From: Callorhinchus milii
Taxonomy: Eukaryota
Direction of reading: 5' to 3'
DNA length: 64,000 nucleotides
Assembly: GCF_018977255.1 (NCBI RefSeq)
Contig: NW_024704743.1
Location: 105,092,001-105,156,000 of the forward strand
Shown: positions 1-12,815 of the stretch, piece by piece
Position numbering within the stretch: position 1 is the stretch's first letter
Layout: every line of letters starts with the position of its first letter
Program-made: the position numbers and the translations under genes
The notes under the pieces: generated by a model
Databases searched by the model: none
What the model was told of the DNA's origin: nothing
Seen by the model: the letters and a program-made list of their open reading frames with translations, nothing else

Positions 1-1595
1 AGAGCAGCCGAGTGAGATTGCACATCTTTGTTTACACTGGGAGCTTGGGGGGGTGGGGGGGGAATCTAGGAGTTTTCCTTGAGGGAAACGTTGGCTGGGA
101 CACGCTGTCTGGCCCTTATTCTCTGCAATTAGCGCTGTGAGATCTTTATCAGGACAAACAGATGGTAGCTTGGCTTCTCATACAAAGAACAGTTCACTGA
201 GGTGTTAGTATTACAATGAGTTTGTTCCCCCCTCCCACGGCTGGTCGAGAGAAAGATCATTACCAAATGACATGTGCAAAACAATTGTTCATTAAAAAAT
301 AACCATCACTTGGATACTTTAAAAACTGTTCCGTTTTTTTGGCACTAATGCACTGTTTTGGATTGGTTTAACGTGGAACAAATGTATGGAAGAGGACGCT
401 CTTTGTGAAGAGGTTTGAACTTGATAATAGATAGACACAGTTGGGCAGAAACTGTTACTGATGAGCTAAACACAAAATTTAAACCAGTGTGCTAATGATC
501 AGATATAATCTATGCACTTTTGCTAGCTAGTATAACTGATACCATTATTCGCCTACAAATATACACTTTACAGTGAATCCTGTGAAGCTCTTTGAGATGT
601 CCTCAAATGTAAGGATTATTTATTATTTTCTTTTCTTTATGGGGATAAAGTGATTAAAGATATTAATCAAAATCTGCATGTATAAAGTGAATAATTTCAG
701 TAACTAATTTGTGACAAGATTTTATTTACTCCATCATTTCTTATTTTGCAAGGCGGTTTTGTTATTTTATCATTTAAATACAAGACACCAAAGTTGAGGG
801 TGTGAAGTTAGCTTCGCTGTGCTCACTTCCCCTCTCCATCAGTCTGACCTTTCATTTCTCAATGACTACGTAACACTTGGTTTCTCCCCAACTGTTTTGC
901 TTTTGGTGAGTCATTCTCACTGCCTGTGCCTCAAACTTTTACCTTATCTCCTTCCTCTCAAAGTCTGTTCTGTTCAGTCACCCTAGCTCCACAAATTGGC
1001 AGCTATGCCTGTGCATCATTCGCTTTGTTCCCTCTAAAATGCTGAACAGAGCACGCAGCTACATATTCTACAATTGAGAGTTTTGAGTGTAAGCGTTACT
1101 GTGAATACTTTCAATATCACAATTTGTTCTTTTCAAACGGTGTCCAGCCCATCAATGGAATGAATGTTACAAAGTCTTGGTGGGCAAGTCGTCTACACTT
1201 TGTTCCACGCTCTGGAACTCTCTCCCTAAATCCTTCCACATTGCATATTCCCTGTAGCCTTCAAGATTCTAAAACCCTATCCTTTTGACAATGCCTCCAG
1301 TCATCTTTCTCCTACTCCCCCTATCTCCAACCCTGCTCAGGCTTGCACTGATCTCTGTGAAGCGTGTTGTGGTCTATTAGCTAAAAAGGTAAGCCACTTT
1401 CAGGGTTGAGGCTTGTGCTGTAGGAGTGTGCTAGACAGTAATCACAAAATGAACAAGCTGAAGGTGGGCCTAGTGCTCATTTAAGGCAATTCAAATAGAA
1501 TGATGATAATAATAATAATCTTTGAAATTCATGCAACAACAACATGCATTTGAGACGTCTCGAAGACGTGGTAAGACACTATATCAAATGCAAGG

Positions 1596-1627
<32 letters not shown>

Positions 1628-3498
1628 GCCCTTCATGTGAGTAGCACTTTGGAGATTTTAATATTTTGCCTTATATGTTACTGAAACATCGCAAAGCACT
1701 TCACAGATTTTTACTGTGACTGTGTATTTTGTAGGTCAACACAGCAACCAATTTGCACTGAGTAATTTGTGCCCCAACAACAACAATTTACGCTGTCTAA
1801 TGCATTTGATGTAGGGAGAATGACTCAAAGAATTTTACAAAGCTGAGCTGCTAGGAAGATAGGGAGTTTTGGGGAGATGGCCAAAGGCGCAGGTTAGGTT
1901 TTTAGATGGGCTGTGATACCAAAGAGGGAAGGAGTAAGCTAGAGGGATTTCAGAGGAGTTGTTGTCTATTAGATTGGACAAAACTTTAAACTTTAAACAT
2001 TTGCCTGCTGTAATAGACATTAAAGATCCCATGGAACTGCTCAAAAAATGAAGGGAGTTTCTCCTGGTGTCCTCTGAAAATGTTATGATGCACAAATTAC
2101 TGGACACAAATTGGTTACTGTGTTCATCTACAAAATATACAGCGCTTTAGACACGTCTGATTGTGGAACACTGCTGTGTGCAATATTGGCTGCCACGATC
2201 ACCTACAAAATTTGGTCACTACACTTCACAGTGAACCCTGTGAAGCACTTTGAGACGTTCTCCCAGTACGAAAGGCATGATATCAAATTCAAGGATTGTT
2301 TATTCATGTATTGATTAACTGTCTTTAAAGATTCAGAATCACCTGGTCTTAATATCAGACTATAAAGAAAAAGCAGGGACAGCCAATGCCTTAGTCAGGG
2401 TTAATGGAAAAGGCAGCTGAAAATCTTGCTGACTTGGAGGTAATGGGAGAAATCAGAGGAAAGGGATATAAGGAGGTAATATACATAAGCACCACAGTAA
2501 TTATCCAGCTCAAAGGGACAGATGGCGCTTCGGGTGCTTTCGAATCAACAGACAAGGCAACATTTGACGTATATTATGAACTGCACAAGGATTTGGAATC
2601 ACGGTCCACAATTAATACAGTTCTACCTGCAGTGGTGAATGATATCACAGCAACGCATTTCTACGTTAACATCTCTGTCCAGTATCACTCAGTATCTACT
2701 TAATATCACTCAGCCCACCATGTGTATAAGCTTTATCGGCAAATCACAGTTGTTTTGGCAGAAGAGAGCACAGACACATACATTTGCTTTGTTAAAACCC
2801 AACAGCAACATAAGCAAACACAACAATAGTTCCATAATATTGCTGGATCATTGCCAGGGGCCACAAGTAGCATTAACTGCACATATGGTAGGCTATTTGC
2901 ATTCTCCCTAAATTAGGTCAATTTGCACAACTGATAAGTTATCATTCAATGAGCACGTAAAAATTTTGTGATTTCAGGGACATCATGTTGGCAAAGTAAG
3001 TAAGTAAGATATTCTCGTCCTTGTCCTAATTCTCTCCCTTCAGAAGTGCTTCTCCGCAAAAAGTCTCTAGTTAAAACAATGGTCAAGACGCTGTAGACGA
3101 GGATCTAGCTGTGCACAAAATGGATGCTGTATTTGCCAACAGTCACTTGTTAATTAATACTATAAAAGTGTTTTAAGACATTGCAACATTATAAAAATGT
3201 TATAAAAAGCTCCATAAAAATGCAAGCTCTTTCTTAGTAACCTCAGACTTTGGATTTGACTGAAGGCAAACTGTACAAATTGTTACTTCTGATTCATAAG
3301 TTTTTCAGACCATCATGAGCAACTCAGCCTTTAGTTTTTCTCTGATTCTCAATTCTAAAACAGAAGGGAGTTTCTCCCAGTGTTGTATCCAACATTCTCC
3401 CAAATAAAATTGGTCATTTACTTCACGGCTGTTTGTGGGTCATTCCTGGGTGCGAATTGGCTGTTGCATTTGCCCACAAAATGCATCCAGTCAGTGCA

Positions 3499-3856
3499 TT
3501 AATAATAATAATAATAATAATCGTGGTATTTGATATAGCGCCTTATCACGTCTTTGCGACGTTTCAAACCAATCACGGAATACACTGCTAAGTGATTTGC
3601 CTGTATATTCCGTGGGCAGCCAACTACACACAGCCAGCAGTGTCCCACAAACAGTTGTGACTGAGTGACAACTTTTTTTTTGAAGGGATTAATACTCCTG
3701 GAAAAGCGATTCTCCGATCGATCTACCACCAGTTCCCACTCACCACTAGGCAAACAGAGGGTGTGGAGCAAGGAAATTCGTCCAACACCTCGCTTCGCCC
3801 AGGAATCAAACCCAGTTTTCTCGCCTTATGAGGCAAAAGGACTTTTACACTATGTC
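3499..3856 (-). mobile_element. tRNA-Ala-headed SINE, long form, old diverged copy
   Basis: (TAA)n tail at 3499, SINE body (cagtgtcccacaaacag), reverse complement of the cctctgtttgcctag block, and a decayed tRNA head at about 3790-3856. Confidence 0.7.
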
Positions 3857-3879
3857 TTGTGAACTTTGAAGCACAAAAC

Positions 3880-4395
3880 CCTCGTCCTTCATCACTTCCT
3901 GGCTGGACTATTCCAATGGGCCCCTCGCTGGTCTCTCCAACTCCATCATACACAAAATTCAACTAATTCAAAGCTCTGCTGCCTGGATACTCACTCGCAC
4001 AAAACTCCACACCCGCATCACACCAGTCCTTGCCTGGCTCCACTGACTCCCAATTACCAAACAGATCGATTACAAGGTCTTCTCACGGGTTTTCAAATCT
4101 CTTCATGCCCTGGCACCTCCCTATCTATTAATCTGCTTCCCCCCCACCCCATTCCATTCCACCATCTGTGGCTGTGCCTTCAGCCACTACCCCCTAAAAT
4201 TCTGGAACTCTCTCTCTCTCAATCCATCCGCCTTGCCGCCTCCCTCCCCACTTTCAAATCCTGCCTAAAGACCTTCCTTTTTGATCGTGCCCTCCCTCTC
4301 CCGCTAGCTCAGTGTCAGACTCAGCAGTTGTGAAGCACTTCAGGACACTACCCCACATGAAGGCACTATATAAATGCAAGTTGTTGTTGTTGTTG
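3880..4395 (+). mobile_element. L2-clade LINE 3' fragment, decayed
   Basis: C-terminal ORF2 motif SIRLAASLPTFKSCLKTFLFDRA, followed by the L2 3' end gaaggcactatataaatgcaag(ttg)n. Confidence 0.85.
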
Positions 4396-4759
4396 CCTGT
4401 TGGTATATCCTCCGGACATAAAGGACATTATACAAATGTAAGTGTTATTATTATGGCCCCGAGTTCTGATGTTCTTCTGCATATATTAACTGCTTCATTA
4501 CAAATATGTTTTTATTGGTCAGAACAAACATCATATCACTAACAAACTATGAGAAGGAGATCACGTCCTCCCTACTGACGCTGTAAGTGCCTGTCTCAAA
4601 TACAATAATTATTGTTTCTTATTATCAGCAGCTTTGCACTTATCAATAAAGTCTAGACTTACATATTTTTTCGTACAGTTTCTATATTGTGGTTATGGGA
4701 GTGAGAACATGGAGGGGGGAAGAGGGTTTGTATGGAGAGTTATGAAAGCTGTGGTGTCA

Positions 4760-5035
4760 ATGCTTCATCTTCTCATACCCCATTCCCTTGCTTGCTAACT
4801 CGGGCCTGCTGTGCATCCTGTGTTCTCTCTGCGTTCCTAGGCTCCCTCTAGCCTCCATTTGGCTTCTTCTTTGTCGTGAAATCCCACCCTAAAATCTTCC
4901 TCTTCGACTGGGTCTGTGGTCACCTCCGCACCCCCATGGCCCACTCCTCCTTTGCTCGATGACTGACCCGTCATTATGAAGCACGGAGACATTATCTTAC
5001 GGAAAGGGTACTATATAAATGCAAGTTGTTGTTTA
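4760..5035 (+). mobile_element. Old L2-clade 3' remnant
   Basis: Decayed ctaaaatcttcctcttcgac block and terminal ctatataaatgcaagttgttgtt. Confidence 0.6.
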
Positions 5036-5834
5036 TACAGCTTCAGTCCTCCAGAGACTATCTGCATCAAATGACGTCCTGTGCATGTGAGAAGGCGTGA
5101 GGTCATTGCATAACTATCTTGATGGTGTTAGGATGTTACAGTATTTATAAGAACCACATAAATTAGATCCAAATGAAGGATTTATTAACCAGCATGAGAT
5201 AAACATCTGTGTAAAGAGAGATTCTCTCTTCTGTTTCAATGGCTTACATTATTGTTGGTGTTTTGCACAGTGCCTTTGTGTACTGATGCATGGTTAGAAT
5301 AGGGGTGGGTGTGGGAGGCACTCAAAATTGTTAAAGATGCTCTGTGTATCAACAACCAGAATGTAAGCCCTCAAGTGTTGAAAACAAGGGAAGAAGAATT
5401 TTTTGTCGCTCATTGACTCGAATGATTCGAGACTGGAGACCTTCAGTTTAATCCAGAATATATTGTTCATTTAATGCAGGGATATAAAGAGTTCTAAAGG
5501 GTTGAGAAAGTGCAGTTGGTGTCAAGATTCACTATTAGTGTCCCAGAGTCGCTAACCGGGAATCCTGCTGGTAACCTAATTTCATGGCTGACTCAAGGGA
5601 ACCGCAATCTGCTCTTAATGTGCAGAGGGGATCTCACAAATCAGAATAACACTTCACAAGATCACAAAATTAGTTTGGATGAAGAAACCCCTTCAGCTAT
5701 CTGATTTCACCCCTTCAGAACACGCACCCTACCGTCCCCCCATCACATGCCAATTACTACAGGATATCTCTTTTAGCAATTCTCAGACACTGCCAGTGAA
5801 TGTTGGTTTGACCCATCACTTTTTCAGTAGTCTA

Positions 5835-6135
5835 TAATCTGGTTCCTGACCCAGGTATTGCAGTACTGCAGGAGCACTGCTGATGACAGACTAGCCAGCC
5901 TGGCTCATCTTGTAGGGCAGAATAATCACTGGAGCAGGGATCTTTCCCACTCATTCCTGTTATTCCTGCAAGCCCAAACTCTCATGAGTAGAGTAGTCCT
6001 AGCTGGAAAAGCAGCCGCACCCTTGCCAGAAAGTGCTCTCAATGCTAAGGTATGCGTTTTTAGCTTGTCAAGTTCCAGCAATACTCCAATCCAAACTCTG
6101 GGCCCACCCCCCCAAGCCTTGGCTCTTGTCAACCT
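5835..6135 (+). repeat. Unclassified ~500-bp repeat family, diverged partial copy
   Basis: Colinear similarity to the copies at 39680-40187 and 46451-46978 (gcactgctgatgacag, cccactca.tcctgtta..cctgcaagcc, ccaagccttggctcttgtcaacc). Confidence 0.7.
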
Positions 6136-6149
6136 GCTGCTAATACACT

Positions 6150-6435
6150 CTATTTGTGGGCGAAAGCAGAAGCCAATTTGCGCACTGCAATGTCCCACAA
6201 ACAGCCATGGAGTGAGTTTTATTTAAGGAATTGATGGCCACAACACTGGGAGAAACTCCCTTCTTTTTTCAAAGAGTGCCATGGGATCTTTAACATCCAC
6301 CTGAATAGGCAGACAAGGCCTCGGTTTAACATCTTATCTGAATGACGGTACTTGCAAAGGTGCAGCGTGACACCCCATGCTTCAGCCCAGAGTATGAGTT
6401 TAAAGTCCTGAAGTGAGGCTTGAACCCACTATATT
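6150..6435 (-). mobile_element. Deu-domain SINE fragment
   Basis: Reverse complement of Deu-type core: gtgccatgggatctttaacatccacctgaataggcagacaaggcctcggtttaacatc. Confidence 0.75.
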
Positions 6436-6567
6436 CTTGCCAGAAATCAGGCTTGAAAGTGGAAAAAGAGCAAAACAAAAGTGGACAGTAAGGATTGGAA
6501 AAGAATGTAAGTGTTCTAAGTCTTCGTCCTTTCTGGTAACTGAAAGCGATTACAGTACTTTACTTAC

Positions 6568-6714
6568 CCTTGCCAGATGAATCACTGCAATTGCTGAACT
6601 TGTCTTCCTTCTCAATATCCAATGGTTTCTCAGGATCCCACTGTTTTCTCATGCTGGTTATGGCATTTTTAACTGGGTTCACCACAACTGTCTGTTCCCC
6701 AGGCTTCATTGCTC
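6568..6714 (-). CDS. Coding exon of an unidentified minus-strand gene; possibly the first coding exon (ATG at 6709): (GA)MKPGEQTVVVNPVKNAITSMRKQWDPEKPLDIEKEDKFSNCSDSSGK
   Basis: Minus strand: acceptor ggatcttttgcag|GAG and consensus donor AGG|gtaagt; 147 nt (49 codons); only one of three frames is open; non-repetitive, protein-like composition. Confidence 0.7.
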
Positions 6715-8277
6715 CTGCAAAAGATCCAAATTATTTTATGAATGTATCAACTTTCATCCAATCTCTTTGTTACTGCAGCTACGTTGTTACACTCATTTAT
6801 TAAATTTTTAAACATAACAAAATGGGATCGTAATTTCCAAATCTCAATTGTTCGGAAGTGCTAATGACAGCAAGTTTTTTTAAAAAAAACATGTCATCAT
6901 CTTCAGCAACAGTATGAGCTCTAGGGTAAATAATAATCCTTGCATTTGATATAACATCATCAAAATGTCTAAACATGAAAGGAGCTATACCAAATGCAAG
7001 CGTTCTTGGAATTATAATCCACAAAATATGGATTGAATGCGTGAGAAAGAAGGGCAACCTGTCCAAAGTTATTTCCAGATCTAAAATACATTTGTTACAT
7101 CCCCACGTAAGAAATCAATTCAACTTTGAATAAAATCTCCAAATGACATTAAACAATGCTGAGCTCACAATATTAATTTAATACTCGGCTATTTATTAGA
7201 TGTTTACTGATTTTTTTTACAAATTCAGATTTTATGAGTCTGGTGCTCTTATATTGTACATCATATTTGCTGCTATTGTTAAATCATGCAAGATATAATA
7301 CTTCAACAATGGTTTTAGGTATAATTCAGCCATCCTTAGAATGTTATTTCCCCATCTTCTCCTCAATGTGCTTGCCCTTCTGAGGTATTGTTCATCTGCT
7401 TACCCAAGTGCCCATCCTTCATGTATGAGCCTATGTGGTGTTTTAGCAAGCTATGTAATCAACACTGCCAAGCCTCATCGTCTCCTCATCTGATGTACAC
7501 AGACGAACACTCACAGCAGGTGCTTTTGATAGAAATCAGGAGCAGGAACCCTGCTTCAAATAATGTTGAACAGATCACAAGAGACATATGGGTGAAGAAG
7601 GCACCTCAGCCCATTTGACCTTGTCCTTGCCATTACAAACAGTCCTTCATTCAGTGTCCAGAGACTTGAATCCCACTGACTCCTAGTTTGTAAGATCTTT
7701 TTGTCTTAAAAATCTTCAGTTTAATCTTCACTTGGAATCTGGTTCTTTTTGAGAACTGAAGAAAAACAGCTTCCAAAGAATTTTCCAGAATTATGCACAA
7801 TCTTAAATGTTAAGACAAATTGGTTCTACAAGATAAGATTAGGTGAGGGTGAGAAGTGCTGTATAAAAGGGTGAGTGAAACTACCCTCTTCTGAAGTGTC
7901 TTATTTTATAAGTATATTGGTCCACAAGCAGGATTTTGTTTCTGTCCAAGTTGAAATCTAATGCTCCATTCAGCATTTTATTGTTAAGCAAACCACAATA
8001 TCTGTTGCTAGAGTTCCCTTTAGTGGCAGAAAATATGTACTGCAGTGAATATCTCCTGAATTTGTTCAATCAGTTTTTAGAATTTCTATAGGATTACAAT
8101 ATCAGAGACTGAAACTCCATATCATAAAAACATTCATAGATTTGATAAAGCAGCTTTCATGTCAAAGGGACATGTTAAAGCATTCACAGGATTTACTGTA
8201 AAGAAGTGATTGTATTTTGTTAGTGAGTTCATATACTATTCAGCAATGAATACGCAGGTCCTGATTTTACTTCAAAA

Positions 8278-8665
8278 AATAATCCTTACATTTTATATAG
8301 TGCTTTTCACTTCAGTAAGACATCTCAAAACACATCATGTTGTATAATGCAGCAACTGTGTATTTTGCAGGCTGTGCAGCAGCCAATTCACACAGCAATG
8401 TCCTACAAATAGCCATGAAGTGAATGACCAGTTTTATTTGGAGGATACCATGAGAAACTCTCTTCTCTCTTTTGAATAAAGCCATGGGATCTTTAATGTC
8501 CACCTGAAAAGAACAGACAGGACCTCAGTTTAACATTTCATCCAAAGGATGGCACCTCCAACAAATGAAGCACCCCCTAGTATTGCATTGGAGTGTCAGC
8601 CTAGACAACATGACACATGAGCCCACAAACCGTAATATTCACAGGTGAGAGAGCTACCAATTGAC
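8278..8665 (-). mobile_element. Deu-domain SINE, near full length
   Basis: Tail, body, Deu core (gccatgggatctttaatgtccacctga...cctcagtttaacatttcatccaaaggatggcacctcc) and head remnant. Confidence 0.75.
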
Positions 8666-8969
8666 ATATTGAAAACCACTTAATCATGTAAATTATTTTT
8701 TATTGCACCAATCTGGAGGACAATACAGATTTACTCCAGAGGCACCAAGCTCAGTTGTACAGATAAACTAGTATTTTTTNGCTAAGGTATCAATTTGAAT
8801 AAAAAGTTTGATTACTCATGAAACTTCAATGCTAAGTTGCTACTTTTTTAATGATTTGAGGAATGGGACCTTACCATTATTTCCAGTCTTGGGAGCAGAG
8901 TTTCAAACCTGCTTCACTGACTTCAGTGTCTGGTGAAGCAGGATTGAATCATTGCTCCTATGGTAGTAA

Positions 8970-9370
8970 CCATCTAGGCTGACATTCCACGTACTGGGAG
9001 TGTATTGCATCGTTGGAAGTGCCGTTCTTTGAATAAGACGTTGAACCACTGTATTGTCTGTCTATTCAGGTGAATGTTAAAGATCCCGTAGAACTATTCA
9101 AAAGAGAACGGAGTTTCTCCCTGGTGTCCTGTCCAACAATCAACACCCACAAAATATACAATCAATTCACTTTACAATATATTCTGCAAAGCGCTTTGAC
9201 ACATCTCAATGAGATGATAAAGCGCTATATCAAATGCAAGGATTATTATATGCAAATTGCCTGCCGCATTGGCTGACAAAATACAGTCACTACACTTTAC
9301 AGTAAATTCTGTGAAACACTTTGAGACATCCTCCCAACATGAAAGGCTCTATACCAAATGAAAAGATTAT
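8970..9370 (+). mobile_element. Deu-domain SINE with an extra SINE tail inside (about 9145-9250)
   Basis: gtgccgttctttgaataagacgttgaacc...gttaaagatcccgtagaactattc core, then two successive SINE tails. Confidence 0.7.
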
Positions 9371-11489
9371 GAATTATTTTATCTTTGCAGCTGTTATGAT
9401 GAAATGCAGGTGTACATTTTGAAAATATCCATAACATCCGAACTGAAAAGGGTTAACAGCCCTAAATCTGTTTTTTCAGTTGGGAAGTGGTTTGCTTTGA
9501 TTTCCATGACTGAACAGCTTTTATTTTCCTAAAACATGCAACAAAAATTCACCAAGGTAATTACACACAGTCACGTGAAGCTACTGTAGTGGCTACACAA
9601 ATTACATGTAAAAAGTGTACTGGGTCACACAGGTGCCATCATCTCATGACATTGAAATGTATTATCTTCAAATAAGATCCTACCTATAAAAAGCGCAGAG
9701 TGAAAAATGCAATGTTTTTATGAAACAGTTATCTCGTTGAATCTGTTAAGAAGCATCAGAATTCCAGTGGATCATTTCTAGCTAATTTGGGGTATAAATA
9801 TTCCCCCCAACTTTTTGCATGATTGTTGAGCGTGAAGCCAAAGATGGCAGTTAGCTTTGTTAACATATCGGCTGCTGCCACTGTTGGCCCACCATTCATC
9901 ACCTGTGCGAAATATGGTAGTTGTTAAAATAAACACGGTGAATCAGACTGCCATCTATTGCCAGGTACCTTCACCTTTCTGACACTCTCTCACCTCTGCT
10001 ACAATTGATCACTTCTCCAATGAATCCCATGTCCATTCTCTCCTGGGTCATTAAACTACTTTGTTTATATTTGGGCAGCTTTGCAAACTGGGCAATATTA
10101 AGGTAAAGTGTCCTGCATCACTGAAAAAATCATTGCTTCTCCCACCCTGCCACCACTCCCCTCCCTGCTGGGAATGGGGGAGATCGATTGGGTGGAGAAG
10201 CAGCCAGTTTTTAGCAGTGATAAACCTTTGAAAGTGACCACTAACATTGGTACAATGTTAAAAGGATCTTTGTCTAAATTTGAACCCAAAATTAGATTGG
10301 GAAAGTCCATCTGCTGAAGACTCAAATACTTTTAGGTACAATTGTATTTCTGAAGAAATAAACTGAAAGTTAAGATGTACAAGAATGAACAGAAGATACT
10401 TTGACTGCTGCTTGACTTAGGAGAAAGGCCATAAGACACATGCTTTAGATGTTCTGCTACCGTCCAAGACAAGCATTTCTTGAAGTCTAGCAATTTACAG
10501 ATCAAGCCAGATTTGATTTATTTAAATAGAGGCACTTTTCCGCATGTAATTACATTTGCCCAACTATTGAACATGTCAATAGTTCAAACCGCCCATGTGG
10601 CAAACATCAATTTATTATAATTTCTGTTTCAAGTCCATTCTTGAGGCCCTTTACCAATCTAACAAACATCAAAACAAAGTTTTGCTTTTTAAGAGTTACG
10701 TAGCAGTATTACTTTGTCTTGGAAGACTGTGTCCTTTGTTAAAACGGCAAACAAACTCACGAGAAAAAAAACACGTAAAACTGACATTAGCTTTTAAAAC
10801 CAAACACTATTCTGCTTTCCTCCTTTACACCTGAGTCACAAAATTATAAGATTGATCTTACCTTCAGAAAATTTAATTCATGTCAAAAATGGAACAAATT
10901 TTGTAAAACTTTAACTCCAACACAAAAGCCTCTGCGGGGTTAGAATGCAGAAACTAACTTGCTGACTAACTTTGTGCTCTGTTATTTACTAGCTGCACAA
11001 AGAAAATGCTGTCTATTCAAAACACATTTCAAAACTCTTTTCACAAAAACTGAGTGAACAAATGATTTCATGCCCTGAACCGTAGTCATCCGATGAGGTC
11101 CAGTGATCGCTCTGGGGCATGGAACCAAGTGACACAGGCTGTAATCTTTTACAGGGAGCTTTTTGTACCGTCTTTCCAAAACTTTTTTTTAAACTTTGAC
11201 AGAGTTCTTCTCACTTGGAATACATTGTCTTCAGTCCCCATCACAGGGTTTAGTTCATTCACTTTTATTTCTCTGTAAATGTCGGATGACCTCAATTTAT
11301 AAGCGCACATAAATGTACGAGATTGGGAAAGTCCATCTGTTGAATCCCAAAGTTTAAAGAACAATATTCAATATATTCCACTTCTTACACAAACACAGAG
11401 CCCTCAATCATTTATCTTCCTCCTCTGGTAAATGTAGTACAAATGGATTAACATCAGGCATATGAGCGAGCTATACTTGCCTAATCCTA

Positions 11490-12418
11490 TCTTTCCCATT
11501 GTCTGTACTTGGTATCCACTAAGGGCTTCTCCTCTAGCCCCGCACTGTCACATGTGGCGTCCCTAAGGGCTCTGTCGTCTGTCCCCTCCTCTTTAATCTA
11601 TACCTGTTCCCGCTCGGTGATGCCATCCACAGGCATGGGGTTAACTTCCACATGTATGCGGCTGACACCCAACTCTATCTGTCTACCTCCACTCTTGATT
11701 CCAGAAACGCTGCTATCCTGGCTAATTGTCTGTCAGACATAAAGTCTTGGACGAGAGCCAACTTCCTCCAGCTGAACATTGGCCCATTCCGCTAACGCCC
11801 ACTTCCCCAACATTGCTCGACCCCGCCACTGAATCTTACTGCAGGCCGAGATCCTTATCCATGCTTTCGTCATATCCTGGCTGCCTGCTCGCTCGACTTC
11901 CCAACTCTTCCTGCCACAAGCTGCAGATTATTCAAAACTCTGCAGATCATATCTTCTCCTGCACCAGACACCACAAACTGATCACCCCATTCTCGCCTGG
12001 TTTCACGGGCTCCTCATTCCTCAGAGAATCAAGTTCAAAACCCTTGTTCTCACCTCGATCCCCAATTATCCTTCCTCCCCCACATCCGGTCCCTCACCAG
12101 CATCGTTTTCTTCCACCTCGTTCCACCGGGTCTGGCCTGCTCCCTGTCCCGAGTCCTCCACTCCACCCTCAGCGGCCATGCCTCAGCCATTACGCCCCGA
12201 GGCTCTGGAACTCCCTTCCTCTCTCCCTTCGCCTCGCCCTCTCTCTTCCTATTTTCAGAACTCAGCTGAAGACCTTTCTTTTCGACCGCACCTTTGGTCA
12301 CCTTCCTGCCCCTCGCCCCTGCTCGGCCCCGGGATCCGTTACTATGAAGTGCTCTAAGACACCTTCCTGCGTGGAGGGTGTTATATAAATCCAGATTGTT
12401 GTTGTTGTTGTTGTTGTT
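11490..12418 (+). mobile_element. L2-clade LINE, 5' truncated and decayed
   Basis: RT remnant (cacatgtatgcggctgacacccaactctat, an H.YA.DTQLY-like motif), KLQIIQNSA, APRLWNSLP...LKTFLFD, (TTG)n tail. Confidence 0.85.
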
Positions 12419-12419
12419 G

Positions 12420-12815
12420 AAAGCCCTCCAGTCTTGCTCTCCCATACCTCTGAGAGCTCCAAAACCCCATATCAGCCTGTCCGTTCCCTCCGCTTGGCGG
12501 ACACCGGCCTGCTTCAAGTCCGCCCGCACATCCTGCCGGCCATTGACAGTTGGGCATTCAGCATCTCTGCTTGCACACTCTGGAACTCTATCCCGAAATC
12601 CCTTCGCCTTACTAGCTCTTGTCTCCTTCAAGTCCGGTCTAAAGATCCTCCTCTTCAACCGCGCCTTTGGCCACCCTCCCACCCCTACCCCCCTGCCCTC
12701 CACTCCACCTGACTCCCAATTCCCAGCTCAGGTCCCAAACCCCTGATTGTCCAGCACCCTGTGACATCTTTCTGACGTGAAGGGCGCTATACAAGTATAA
12801 TTTGTTGTTGTTGTT
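12420..12815 (+). mobile_element. Second L2 3' fragment in tandem with the previous copy
   Basis: YQPVRSLRLADTGLL...TLWNSIPKSLRL, with its own (TTG)n tail. Confidence 0.85.

Noticed and set aside
2404..2703. 99-aa plus-strand ORF
   Set aside because: No recognisable motif or supporting splice structure; length is compatible with chance
6570..6803. 77-aa plus-strand ORF
   Set aside because: Antisense shadow of the minus-strand exon at 6568-6714
7750..7770. TGAGAACTGAA, matching the start of miR-146
   Set aside because: The match stops after 11 nt and no precursor hairpin is evident
8780..8780. Single ambiguous base N
   Set aside because: Assembly artefact at the end of a T run; not biological
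9778..9902. Minus-strand reading DEWWANSGSSRYVNKANCHLWLHAQQSCKKLGG resembling the start of a C-type lectin domain
   Set aside because: Ends in a stop, has no donor site and lacks the rest of the domain; resemblance is probably chance
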